A DNA stretch of 64,000 nt, taken from contig NC_086102.1 in assembly GCF_963921235.1 (NCBI RefSeq), forward strand, positions 44,392,001-44,456,000. Direction: 5' to 3'. Source of the stretch: Mobula hypostoma. Lineage: Eukaryota. The translations under genes and the position numbers were made by a program. Positions 47,188-59,077 of the stretch are shown here, piece by piece. How positions within the stretch are numbered: the stretch's first letter is position 1; each line of letters starts with the position of its first letter. The notes below the pieces were generated by a model. It did no database searches. It was not told the origin of the DNA and was given only the letters and a program-made list of their open reading frames with translations.

Positions 47188-47926
47188 TTCAAAGTTCAAA
47201 GGTTCATTTATTATCAAGGTATACAACTCAGAAATTCTTCTTCTCCAGATAGCCACAAAACCAAGAAAAGAATGGCAGCACAATCATCAAATCCCAAATC
47301 CCCCCTCTCTGCACAAAAAAAAGGAACAAAAACAGAACAGGCATATCGACCCCTCAATTCCCCCTCCCCCACACACACAAAAAAGAGAAAGATTGGGTGG
47401 AAAATACAAAATATAAAAAAACTATAAGACTGAAAAAATTAAGCCTATAGTCCAAGTCCATATCCAAAACACAGAAAATCTGGATAACGTTCTCTGGGCA
47501 CAGAGGCAGGTTTTTCCCCTCTCTGGCACAAGAGTGATCCCACCAGCAATCAAAAGGCAGGCAGCCAGCACTCACATTCTGCGGTCACCTCGATATTTCA
47601 ATCTCCCTCATCACTTTAAATCGGCAAAAAATGGAAACTTTAATCGGTAAAATGGAGTCAAACATTGGCTTGTGCCTCGTCCCACAGCCTTCTTGCCACG
47701 AGGTTCGCATACTCTGCTTCTGTCTCCCAGAATCCTCTCGGAGACTGCAGAGTGCTGAGACACTCAAACGCTCTCCAAACTGTTAATCAAACAGTTCCAG
47801 AATCCCATTCAAGATGAAAAACAGATGTAAAAGGCATAAAAGAAGTGAAATATATGGTTTCGTGGTTTATCCAGAAGATGTCGAACAGAGGAACGTTGCA
47901 TGCAGGCACCATCTTGACCAGAAGGT
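47188..47926 (-). mobile_element. Non-coding bipartite LINE derivative (LINE-type 5' leader plus Rex1-type 3' tail)
   Basis: Minus strand starts cttctggtcaagatggtgcc and ends gataataaatgaacctttgaactttgaa; no RT-like ORF between. Confidence 0.55.
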
Positions 47927-48811
47927 CAAGCTCATATACTATTAATAAAATCTCACATAAAACCATGTGCTCTTTCAGCCTACCTGAAGGGAAAACTGCT
48001 CCTAAAACCTAAAATGAAGTAATAGAGGATCTTCAAAAGATATTTAATATTTTGCTCATGAAGTTATGAAGATCCCCACTCCACCTCGCCACTAACTCAC
48101 TGATCTTCCACCACACTGCCAATTGCTGAGTGTTGAGTACGCTCGTCCAGTTATATGGCTAGGAACTGGAATTTGAGAGTATTTGCATGACTGACATAGA
48201 TCCACAAATGCGCCCAGAAGGAGCAAGAGAGAATATGCTCCTGTTTGTTAAACAATTTAACAAGTAACAGCAGGAATGGATCTCTCCATTCACAGTAGTC
48301 AACATGTAAATTGCAACACAGCTTTTACATTATCAAATGCATATTTATTCAGCAGCCTTGGAGAATTAATAGAACATTCCTTTAGTCCTTTAAAAGAAAA
48401 CACAACATGACTTACAAAGATAACTGAGTGTCACCCTGACATTCTCAGTCTCATATTGACTTGCACAACAAGGAGGACTTTTAAAAAAAATGTTCTTCCT
48501 GCCAGCAATGAGATACCTCATTATAAGTGCTCCTCACTAAAACAGCTCTGCTGGCAGAGAGAGATCAGCAAGGAGCAGATGGGGTTATAAAAGGGTTGTG
48601 GCAATAGAATGAAAAATAGAACAAAGTTACTGGCAAACAGTATTTAGTTGAAAGCATTCTCTCATTCCAACAGGCACAATCACTGAAGACCCTTAAGGCA
48701 AGCTAAAACCAATGCTTGATCAATTCCAAAATGTTACTGAAAATTGTCAGTGTACAGAATTAAATGTTATCAAGCTATATGGGTCAAACAAAGCGAACTT
48801 CCTTATTAAGG

Positions 48812-48870
48812 CAGTGATTATACTGCAAAAAGTACTCCATTGACTGTGAAGTGTTTTGGGATATTTTGAG
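48812..48870 (+). mobile_element. Deu-domain SINE 3' tail fragment
   Basis: cagtgattatactgcaaaaagtactccattgactgtgaagtgttttgggatattttgag resembles the tail at 49820-49880. Confidence 0.5.
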
Positions 48871-49344
48871 TCTATATGAGAGCATTTTTTTCATAGACTT
48901 ATTGAACACAATCATGAGATGAGGTCGTCTTCATGTAACATGGTGACGGAGGCCTACTTCAGCAGTTACTTTCATCTGGGTTCTGAAAACCTGGCAAGTT
49001 TTTTGTTATTAGTGATCGCCTCATACACTGATATTACTGATGGCTGTGGAAGATATGTCCTAAGATCCAAACTAGTCCAAACTAGCTCCAGTAATGGATC
49101 ACCCCATGTACCTGTATAGCAATGCCTTAGGCATTTTAGAAGCAGAAATCTGCAAACTGCAGAGGCTCACATGAAGGCATATTCTTTCAATGTGACAGGG
49201 AAACATAAATTGGAAGGGCCGTTAGACAATGATAACTGAAGAAATGATTCTAAATAAGACTCTGAAAACAAACTGGTGCAATACCATAATGACAAGAGTG
49301 GCCCAGTTTGTAGATAAAGTCCTGCTGCAGAGATTTGGCCAAAA

Positions 49345-49892
49345 GAGTGTAATACTGAGTGAGCAATTCATTGCTGAGGGTGCTGCCTCTTGGATTAAAT
49401 TGTAAATCAAGACCTCATCACTTCTCTAAAAAAAAAGTTTAAAAGATTCTATTTTAATGAAAACACAGGACTATCTGAGCTATTTGTTGTGTAATTAATA
49501 TTGGAGTAATTTAGTAAATATTGTTTGATTAAGCATTTTTGTTCATTTAAATAATTCATTGAGTTATATATAAAATAAGTGAATTGCATATGTCATGGTG
49601 CTACCTCAGTTTAAAGAAAAAAAACACAAAGTTAGACTCACATTTTGGACTCCAGTCTTTTCCTTTTTAATTAGTTTAATGTTTTGGAGCCACACAGCAT
49701 AACAGTAATCTGGCCAATCTTTTCCTCCATTCTGTGCTACCAAATTAGAAGATCTGATCATTACCACACACTGCTATTTGAAGAGCCTGCTGTGTGCGAG
49801 GTAACTCCAATGTTCCCGAAATTAAAACAGTGGTTAACTTCTTAATGGCTTTAAAGTATTTTGGAGCATTGTGAATGGTGATATACAAATCT
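49345..49892 (+). mobile_element. Ancient Deu-domain SINE (SacSINE-like), split by a 220-bp insert
   Basis: tactgagtgag..gagggtgctgcctcttggattaaattgtaaatcaagacc, then ctggccaat..gatctgatcattaccacacactgctatttg..ctgctgtgtgc..ttaaaacagtg..tggctttaaagtattttgg; matches my recollection of the Deu consensus. Confidence 0.6.
49485..49704. mobile_element. TG...CA-bounded AT-rich insert (short solo LTR or MITE)
   Basis: Termini tgttgtg / cataaca (6 of 7 inverted match); interrupts the Deu domain; TSD not clean (ctatt vs gtaat). Confidence 0.4.
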
Positions 49893-52119
49893 TCTATTCC
49901 CCCGCCTCCCATGAAGTAATGCCATTGTCTCCTAAACCAATCAACATTAGAGCTTAGTACAAAAGGGAAAATTACTTAATAGAATATCAATAATTATTTA
50001 ATAGAATATTAATATCATGTATACATTCTAGAGTGTTGCTATTGATTTAGGGATGGTGTTAGGCAAAGAGACACTGTTGCAAATACCCTGGCCATTCCTG
50101 AACAGAGTGGTATCAAGATGTGAGCTGTCATCACTGCACTCTGCTGCAATGGCAGTTCACTTCAGCAAAGATATTGATTCTGAGTCAGCTACCTAACCAA
50201 CAGTAACCCTTAGGCAAGTATCTGGGTATTCAGGTTGGGATTGGGAGTATGAGGGAAAAAGGAGATCGTGCAAACCTGAAAACTGGGAATTCTTGTGAAG
50301 TCTGGGTGAACCACACAGTTTTATTCCACTGGAACACTTTCCGTCATAAAAGCAATTGGTATGTCACCAATGGCTTCAAGGTTAATACTGTAAAATACTG
50401 CAAGTTGTACAGGGTTAATTTTTGGACAGATTGCTCAGTAAGATATTTGCAGAAGCATTGTATCTCTTGGTCAGGTAGCTAAGGCGGTGAACCTTTGGTT
50501 CATGCACATGCCACGATGCCTTTAAAAAGCTGATCTGTATTCAGCAGTGTCAGGATTCAGCATTGACTCGTCCTGCTGATCATTCGGTTGATTAGGATAG
50601 GCACATACTGAAAAACAATTTCTACTCCTGGGCTTCTCCAGAGTGAAGAAACCAGGCTAAGCAGAAAATTGCAGACAATTAATAAATTGAGATGGGTAAT
50701 GGATCACTGTATTAATGTAATATTGCTTATGTACACCTTTACCAGGTGTGAACCTTCAAGAGGCTCCCAATTCCACAATTCTTCAGATTATTTTGACTTT
50801 TCCTTGTCAACTAAATGACAAGAAAACAGATTACATGTCATGTCACTTCCAACCCTACATTTCTAGATTCCACAGCCCACAATTTAGTTGGATACTTGTC
50901 AATCATTTTGTAACTTAGGGAGCTCAATTTACCACAGGGGTCTTCATCATAAAGTCGAATGGAAAATGCTTAATCCATTCTTACATTGCTGAATTCCACA
51001 ACTCCGTATTTTACTAGTGATGAAGATACTCTTTGGGGCTGGTATTGTATTCTGATTCTCAGTAAATTAAATAGTACAAGATTTTAAACATCCATTGCAA
51101 TGTCTCCCGCATCCCACACCCCCCACAGGGCCCTCATCTCCCTGCCAGTTTCACAATGAAGTGTCAGATTGGTGTTTGAGAGTGCTGCAGGCTATCAGAG
51201 ACTCAGCCCAGTCTGCATCCTGGAACTGTCCACTCCCTAACCCACTTTCCATCATGACTTATGTCCGACAACAAACTGCATTTTGACAAAAGAAGCTTCA
51301 AGGTATATCAGCTAATCCCTGAACAAACTGGTTCCTATGGGTCTCACCTCATTGCAGAAGATTTTAAAGTAGAAATACTTAAAAAAGTTAAAAACTAATA
51401 AAAGAACCTGCTCAGAAAACTTGCGTGGCCTCAGGAAATCAGGATTCCATTGATCATGTAAGATGCGATATTACACCCGTTTCACTCTCTCATTTATAAA
51501 AGGCAATACTTTCAACAGGACAGCCCTTCATCGTACTGCACAGAACCAGCAACCTATAATACGTAAGCAGCTTTCTAATTTAGAAGCAGGGTGCTTCCAC
51601 TACTGCACGACAACAACTAGATTTAGAGAAACAAGACAACTTTTCTATATACATTATATGTTTATATACATTATATAAATGTATATAGTTAAATGACAAT
51701 AAACTTGACTTGACTGGTTGCGACAGTGAGTAGTGAGCAATAGTACTCTTTCCCTTGCCCAGAACTTGCATTGATTAATTTTTGTTTTAAATTATTGTGT
51801 ATAAGGTGATTTAACACAAGCTTTAGCAATCCTTTCCAGATGAAATTGCACCCACCGGGTACCTGAACTGGAGACTTCTGTGCTCTAAATCACATTAAGG
51901 CTCCTGACTGCCAGCATCATATGTGCTCATAACAACATCAATACAACCACAACACCATTTCCACTCGACAGCGTTAATCAGAACAACCTGAATGGAACAC
52001 TCATGGAACAACTCTCTGGTTGTTACTTGTGCGTTTTAGGTGGGCACCAGAAGTCCATTAGCAATCTGTCCAAATCAGGTAGCAGCAGCAAACCGCACCT
52101 CCCCCCACCCCGTGTCCCT

Positions 52120-52360
52120 TAATAAGTTCGTATTTATTGTCTTTCAACCATACACGTGTATATAGCCAAATGGTTCCTCCAAACCAAGGTGCACAACATA
52201 GTATACAGTATATTACTCACTCACATAACAAATTAACAGTCTCACAAGTAGCAAATAATAAGGTGCACATATGATGCAAGTTAAAAAGTAAACAGTATTA
52301 TGCTACAGGAGCTTCATACATGATGAAACCTGGGTGGTGGCAGGGAGAAAGAAAGAAAGA
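52120..52360 (-). mobile_element. LINE 3' tail (Rex1/L2-type)
   Basis: tatttattgtctttcaaccatacacgtgtatatagccaaatg..gagcttcatac..ggcagggaga resembles the reverse-strand tails at 30640 and 61650. Confidence 0.5.
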
Positions 52361-53180
52361 GGTATTTTCTTGTAAATGAGGGCATGTCAGAAATATTCAC
52401 AGCACAAAAGAAACAATTGTTAAAAAACTCAAAAGTTATGGAAATTCTACTGTCCTCATTCAGCTACTTTATAAGGGGGTCTTAGCACTGCCATTGTACG
52501 GCTACAGTAAAGCCATTCGGCGCTCTTTTGAGTCCTCACAGATATCCTGAATGAGCCACGAGAAGGTTTTGCCCCAGGGACACAGTGAGATGGTTGGTGA
52601 TGGGACATGGTTGCAGTGAAGGGTGAACCAGTGTCCTTCTGTGTTGAGACATCAATGTCCTAAACCTGCTCTCCAGTTGACCTTGAGGACTGGGTGGACA
52701 AAGGCACACTGCTCTGCCAAAACTCAGACATGTCACCACGGTCTCAATTGCCTGGCACAGAACTGCTGAACGGCACATGCCTGCTTCCTGCTGCCATCAC
52801 TCCTCACCTTTAAGCCGGACCCAGGTGCAATCAGAGCAGCAGCTCACACCAGCACCCTGCAGATTGGTTCCAGAGCACTGTATCTCGGCTAAAGCAGGAG
52901 GATAACCTGATTACATGTGGCATATTGCTCTGCCAGTTGCTCCTGGGGAGCATCACTGTATCCACTGAGTACAGCAATCCGTCCCTTAAAGGCACCTCAC
53001 TGCTCCGCGGGGATCTCGAGCTACTCCCTGGTGACCAATGACCGCTCCATAAGAGCTTCAAGCTGCCCCATGCTGAGAAACCATGCCCCCAGCCAGATGA
53101 AGAAACAAATGCATAGATGGCGAGTGAGAGTTGGGAGGCTTTTACTGCTGCCCCGCAGCAGTTGTCACTTACACCCCTAG

Positions 53181-53728
53181 TAGGGTTGCCAACTGTCCCG
53201 TATTAGCCGGGATATCCTTTATATTGGGCTAAATTGGTTTGTCCCACACAGGACCGCCCTTATGCAGTATTTCCCCCGCTAAGGTAGAGCGTTCCTATGA
53301 AAGCATTCGTAAGCCGAAATGGCGTAAAGCGAAGAAGCAATTACCATTAATTTATATGGGAAAACCTTGAGTGTTCCCAGACCCAAAAAACAACCTACAA
53401 AATCATACCAAATAACACATAAAACCTAAAATATAACATAAATCTAACATATAGTAAAAGCAGGAATGATATGATAAACAGCCTATATAAAGTAGAAATA
53501 ATGTATGTACAGTGTAGTTTCACTCAGACAATCAGGAAGATTAAGCCAAAACCAATTTGTAGAGAAAAAAAATCAGCACGTACACGTATGTGCACGTCAC
53601 GCAAGCGCACCCAGGTGCCCGTGCAAGGCTTCATGGTCATGGTAGTCTTTCTCAGGGTAAACACCAGTGTCCCGTATTTAACTGCTACTTTTGTCCCTTA
53701 TTTGGGAGTGAGAAAGTTGGCAACCCTA
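53181..53728. mobile_element. hAT (Blackjack-like) non-autonomous DNA transposon, perfect 8-bp TSD ACCCCTAG
   Basis: 13-bp TIRs tagggttgccaac / gttggcaacccta; subterminal gtcccgtatt repeats; TSD at 53173-53180 and 53729-53736. Confidence 0.92.
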
Positions 53729-56059
53729 ACCCCTAGTGACGTGGAATAGTCAACAGTCCCACCAGACACCCAGAGCGGAGATCACTGGCCTCTCCGTTCT
53801 GCACACAGCTGAAGGCTTCCCACACATGGTAAGGAGGCCTGACATTGTACTCACAATCCAATATGCCATCTGTACCAGGCTTGTCATGACAGCATGGCAG
53901 GGTGTTGCAAAGTAACACAGTTGCCTCGATTCTCCCACCACCTCCAGCAAGACCCAAGACCAGATTTCTTGCATATGGTTCCAGACTTCAATCTACTAAT
54001 TCTCAATGTACCTCCAAGCAACGGGCAGCCCTCTCATTGCTAGTCTCTAAAGCAGCACCGTGCAACATCAGGTGAAGCATGCACTATGACCTTCATCGTC
54101 CTTTACCCAAATCCTCCTCTGGTTGTCCCTCCTGCTCCCAGCTCTTCTCTTTTGGCAATGGGGAAGAGGTGAACAATATTTATATTCTGAACAGGCACAG
54201 AGAACAATTGCACTATTAAACTGTGACAGAAAATCCTTCACAGGTGACGCAATTCCTCTTCTACAAAAGACAGTGGCAATCACAATGAACGATTGTTAAT
54301 GAGTGTATTGTCCGATTGCAGACCACATTTCCTCTGCAGGTGGTTTAGTGTTCTGTGGCCACACTGCCCATCAGCTGAGGCATCTTCATTACTATTGCTG
54401 CAAGTGCAAAAATAGAGGTCATGAAGGACATTGTTGCCAATTTGGAGACTTGACAACTGTGTTGTGGTGGGAAGAGAGTGGAGTGCACGGGAATAAAGTA
54501 AGGAAATTATAAGGTTCATAATTATCAGAGTGTGTGCGTGGGTCTGAGCAAACAAACACATTCGACTCAGCACGGAATTGTTTTGTGTTGGTGTAATGCT
54601 CACCTTGACATATTCATAAAGGCCCTGAAATTTCCTCTTACATGGTTTGGGGCCTGTTTACTTCGGGAGCAGACCACCATAGCCACCGCTTGCCAGGTAC
54701 CTCTACCTTGTACCTTGAGCCCTACTCCTCCTGCCATGCATTTTCCTTAAGCTACCACGGTATGGTGACATCTCAAGGGCACCTCCTGTCACTGGTCCAT
54801 TCGCTGGTGTCAGGAACAGCGTTAAATTGGGCAAAGTGACATGGTGCAGCTTTCTGAGTGTGAACCACCCTGTTGATTCATTTTAGCCAACTTCACAAAC
54901 ATTATAGGGGACCTGACTGAGTATTACTTCTATACACAGTACCCACTTAACACTCTGAGAAGGTGAAATTCAGTCTCTAGGCAGTTGTCTATGAAGAATA
55001 CCAAAATAAAAATCACATCAATGGGTCCAATAGAAGTTGCTGAACACAAAACTCAAAGGCGGGCATGGTGTTTAGTTCGTATCCCACCACTGCAGCTGGG
55101 TTTCAAATAACTAAATACACTGGGAAGATGATGTTATCACTAATGGTGACCAGCAGATTGTGGACTGTCATAAGAAGAAACATGGTCCACTAAAGCTCCG
55201 CGAAGTGGATATCCACCATCCTATCTCAGTCCTGCTGTTCATTACTCCAGAACGACGGCAGCAAGATTATTTCTTTACTACCCACCAAAGTCATGCAACG
55301 TTAGGAAGGTTGGGCTGGCTTGCGATGGCCACATCCCTAATGACAGTGGAGAGCAGGGGCAGCCACGTCTTATTCCTTCATGACTGTGAATGCAAGGCCA
55401 TAGGCATCACTCTCTGCATGAGAGCAAGCCTCCATTTCAGGAAGAGTGGCAGATGTAACAAACAGATGTACGGACTTGATCATTTAGTTTTTTTGTAGAT
55501 AGGGATACTGAAGCATATACTAGGAACAGGCCAGGACAAAATCCCTGCAAGATGCATATGAAGCACCCCTTCCTCACACCATCTCTCTGCTAATTACATA
55601 ATTGAATCCATAGTACATATAATCTTACACAATGAAAATAAAACTTCACCATGTGGATGATAACTCTAATTTGGGATAAAATATACACACATACCTGACA
55701 AAACCAACCCAGCATAATTGGCAGTGCAAATCAACCCAACATCATAGTCTGTGGATCTGCTTGGATTATCACTCACCATTGCCTCCCATCACCAATTCTC
55801 AGCCAAATGAAGTTGCTCTTTGATTTGATTATTATATTCATTTCAGAGACAAATGACTCTGACATTGACAATGCTATTCATGACAGATTAACTCAAGAGG
55901 CCAGTCCGACTTACAGAAGAACTACTTAGTTTAATGAAGCCAGATATTCTACTGTGCTCATAACATGATCAAAATTTAATTATTTAACTTTGATCTTCAG
56001 AAGCCATTCTTGCATGATACAGCAGTATCTGAACAAGTTCTGGTGTGTACATACATCTA

Positions 56060-58218
56060 TTGATGCTTCTGGACACATCTTCAGTGATGGTCCTGGAATC
56101 ATCAGGTGTTTCGGGTCTTTCAACATCATACAACCTCCTCCAGGTGACCCAGCCGGGGCTGATTAGATGTGGATGTGTCCAGATGGCTAGCTACTTATGA
56201 CTCCATGGCTCCCCTCTTTGGAGCCACAGCCATCTTGAGGCCCTCTCTGCCGCATCGGTGGTACTGCAGATGGCTCTCCTCTTCCTCTCTCCCTCGATGC
56301 CCAAAATGCTGAAGGCTCTAACTGAAGAATGGGCTACGAATCCCCTACAACCAACCTCCACTGGGAGACACCTTGCTCTCCATCCAGCCTGCTGACAGTT
56401 GCTGACCAGTCCTGCGTACTTGGAGAGCTTCCTTTCAAAGGCCTCTTCCAAGCTATCTTCCCATGGGACTGTCAGCTCCAGCAGCACCACTTGCTTAGTA
56501 GACTCAGACACTAGGACAATGTCTGGTCGCAGGGTGGTGGCTGCGATATGGTTGGGGAACTTCAGCTGCCCTTCGAGGTCTACTAACAGCTACCAGTCCC
56601 TTGCAGAGGTCAGAATGCCTGCAGATGTTCTTTTGGCTGGTATTGGCTGCTCCCCAGCTCTGACAAAGGCAATGGTCTGCCTGGAGGGTCGGGACCGCTT
56701 CGCCCACTCAACTCCTGCGCTGACGGCTTCAGCGATGGTCTTCAGGACCTGATCATGCCTCCACCTGTACCGTCCCTCACCAAGTGCCCTTGCACAGCCA
56801 CTGATGATGTGCTCCAGAGTTCCTCGTTTGGAGCACAGTGGGCACGCAGATGACTCTGCCTTGCCCCATGTATGCAGGTTTGATGAGCTTGGAAGCACAT
56901 CATACACTGCCCGGATGAGAAATTGGATGCGGTGAGGTTTGGCTTTCCAAAGATCAGCCCAGGTCACTTTCCTCTCAACCGCATTCTCCCATCTTGTCCA
57001 AGCTCCCTGTTGCTTCATTCCCACCGCCTTGCAGGCTCTCATCTCCTCCACTACTGCTCTCACCTCCTCCTTGAACTAGACGACGCCTTTCCTTCCCTCT
57101 GGTGTCCATTTGGGGAGTTGGAAAGGATCCTAGCCCAGCTCGGCCTCGTGTGACCACTCCCACCAGCCTCCTGTGACGCAGCCTTGGCTCTGCCTCCTGA
57201 ACAGCTTCCTCTGCCCTCCACTTCCTACCAGTACTTACTTAGATCCCTGCTGTAGCCACCTTCGGGTCACTTGAGTCCCTATACTGTAGCACTTCTCTGG
57301 CTTTTGTTACCATGAATTCTTCCTCCAAGGATTTGAAGGGCAGTTGCAGTTTGTTGTGGTGTCCATAGAGTGCGATGCTGCTCAGGCTCTTTGGCAGCCC
57401 CAGCCATCTCCTGAGGTGGTTGCTAACCCTCCTCTCTAAGGTTTTGACTGTCGAGATCGGAACTGCATAGACGAGGAGGGGCCACAGGATTCTGGGGAGA
57501 ATGCCATGCTGATACACCCAGGCTTTAAACTTCCCAGGTAGGCCAGACTTGTCCATAGATTTCAGCCAGCCATCCAACTCGGTGCAGGTTGCCTGAATGG
57601 ATGTTGTGTCCCTTAATGAGCTGTCAAAAACTTTGCCTAAGCTCTTGAATGGCTTTTCTGTGATGGTTGGGATGGCTGTGCCTACGATGCTGAACCAGAA
57701 CTTGGTCTCCACCTTCCCTTTCCTCAGCACCATTGATCTTGATTTGACAGGTTTGAAACGCATCTGGGCCCACTCCACCAGCTTTTCGAGCCCTTGCAGA
57801 ATCCTCCGGCAGCCTGGGACTGATTCTGTGGTGACTGTGAGGTCATCCATGAATGCCCTGATAGGTGGTTGCCGTTGAGCGGAATTCATTCTGAGCCCTC
57901 TGCACTCTGGTTTAGCATACTTTGTGAGCATGTTCATGGCTAGGGAGAACAGTGTCACTGAGATAGTGCACCCTGTGATGATGCCGATCTCCACCTTGTG
58001 ACAGGTTGATGTAATTGCTCCTGAAGAGACCCTCATCCTGAAGTTGCTGTAATAATCAGCGATAAGGTCTCTGATTCTGCTGGGGACGTGATATTTGGTC
58101 AGTGTGAGCTGCACCAGCTTGTGCTGAATGGAGCCATATGCATTTGCCAGGTTGAGCCACAACACTGACAGGTTGCCCTTGTTCTCTCTGGCCTCCCTGA
58201 TGAGCTGTGTCACCACAC
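56060..58218 (-). mobile_element. RLE-type non-LTR retrotransposon (HERO/NeSL group), 5'-truncated, 6-bp TSD CATCTA
   Basis: RT ORF 57239-58216 (WLNLANAYGS, GIITGCTIS, AFMDDL), CCHC knuckle CPLCSKRGTLEHIISGC plus RHDQVL, and RLE RPDIVLVSESTKQVVLLELTVPWED..KLSKY. CATCTA at 56054-56059 and 58219-58224. Confidence 0.9.
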
Positions 58219-58759
58219 CATCTAAAACTTAGCAGAGAGGAACTTTACCCCTGAATTATTAGCCTCATCGCCCACATCTGAGACACATACGGGAGCTCAG
58301 AAAAACGATAATCGTGATTATTTTCAAGACAGTAACTCCAGAGCAGTCAGCCTACTTTCATTGCCAGGGTCTTCCTCAATTCCTTTCACACAGTAGTTGA
58401 AGGGCTTTTCCAAGTTGGTGTGGATTCTGGTCACTTGTATGCACAGTAAATGTCACCTTCACCACAAGAATTTTACGAATAGCCTTCACTTTGAAAAATG
58501 GAGGAACAGCAATAATCATTCCACATAGCCTTTTTACATCTTCCAAATGCCTTAGACTCTGTCGGGAACAGTGGAGAATTCTTCTCAAACTGGGCTTCCC
58601 TCAGAAATCCACCTCCAGTCTATGTCACTCCATAATGCAAGCAAACCATTTAAACTCATTTAAAGATCATCTGCACATTCAATCCAAACCTGAAATGTTG
58701 ACTTACAGTTTTTGCCCCCCAGATCTGCTTGACCCACAGTTCATAGTGAACAAGTGGGT

Positions 58760-58940
58760 GTATGAGGGAGGGGAACACTGAAACCTGGCACCTCTTCGTC
58801 TGTCCTCTCAGTTCTGATGCAGGGTTCTGACCCAAAACATCAATTTATACTTCCTGCCTCCACAAATGCTGCATAACTTGCTGAGCACTTCCAGAGTTTT
58901 ATATTACCTCAGATTCCAGCACCTTCAGCATCCTTTGCTT
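58760..58940 (+). mobile_element. Penelope pLTR with a decayed hammerhead
   Basis: agtt-ctgatgc-a-gggttctgaccc-aaaa-c-atc-aatt at 58810-58845, then cacaaatgctgcataacttgctgagcacttccag..agattccagc. Confidence 0.7.
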
Positions 58941-58944
58941 CATA

Positions 58945-59077
58945 TGTAGAACTGTTCAACCTGGAAAAATGGAGGGTTATGTAGGAGGTAAGGGTCAGAC
59001 TGATCTTAGAGTAGGTTCAAAAGTAGGCCAAACATCGTGGGCCAAAGTGCCTGCAATATGATGTAATGTTCCATGTT
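58945..59077 (+). mobile_element. CR1 3' end (second family)
   Basis: atggagggttatgtaggagg..aaacatcgtgggccaaagtgcctg..atgtaatgttccatgtt. Confidence 0.7.

Noticed and set aside
56080-56125. GAAAC, CUGAUGA and CUGAAGA in the HERO 3' UTR as a type II hammerhead
   Set aside because: No U16.1/NUH triplet can be placed, and stem III cannot form.
13138-58940. Recurrent ~40-bp motif as a CRISPR-like or satellite array
   Set aside because: Copies are dispersed, in both orientations, and attached to GIY-YIG coding sequence; they are Penelope terminal repeats in a vertebrate genome.
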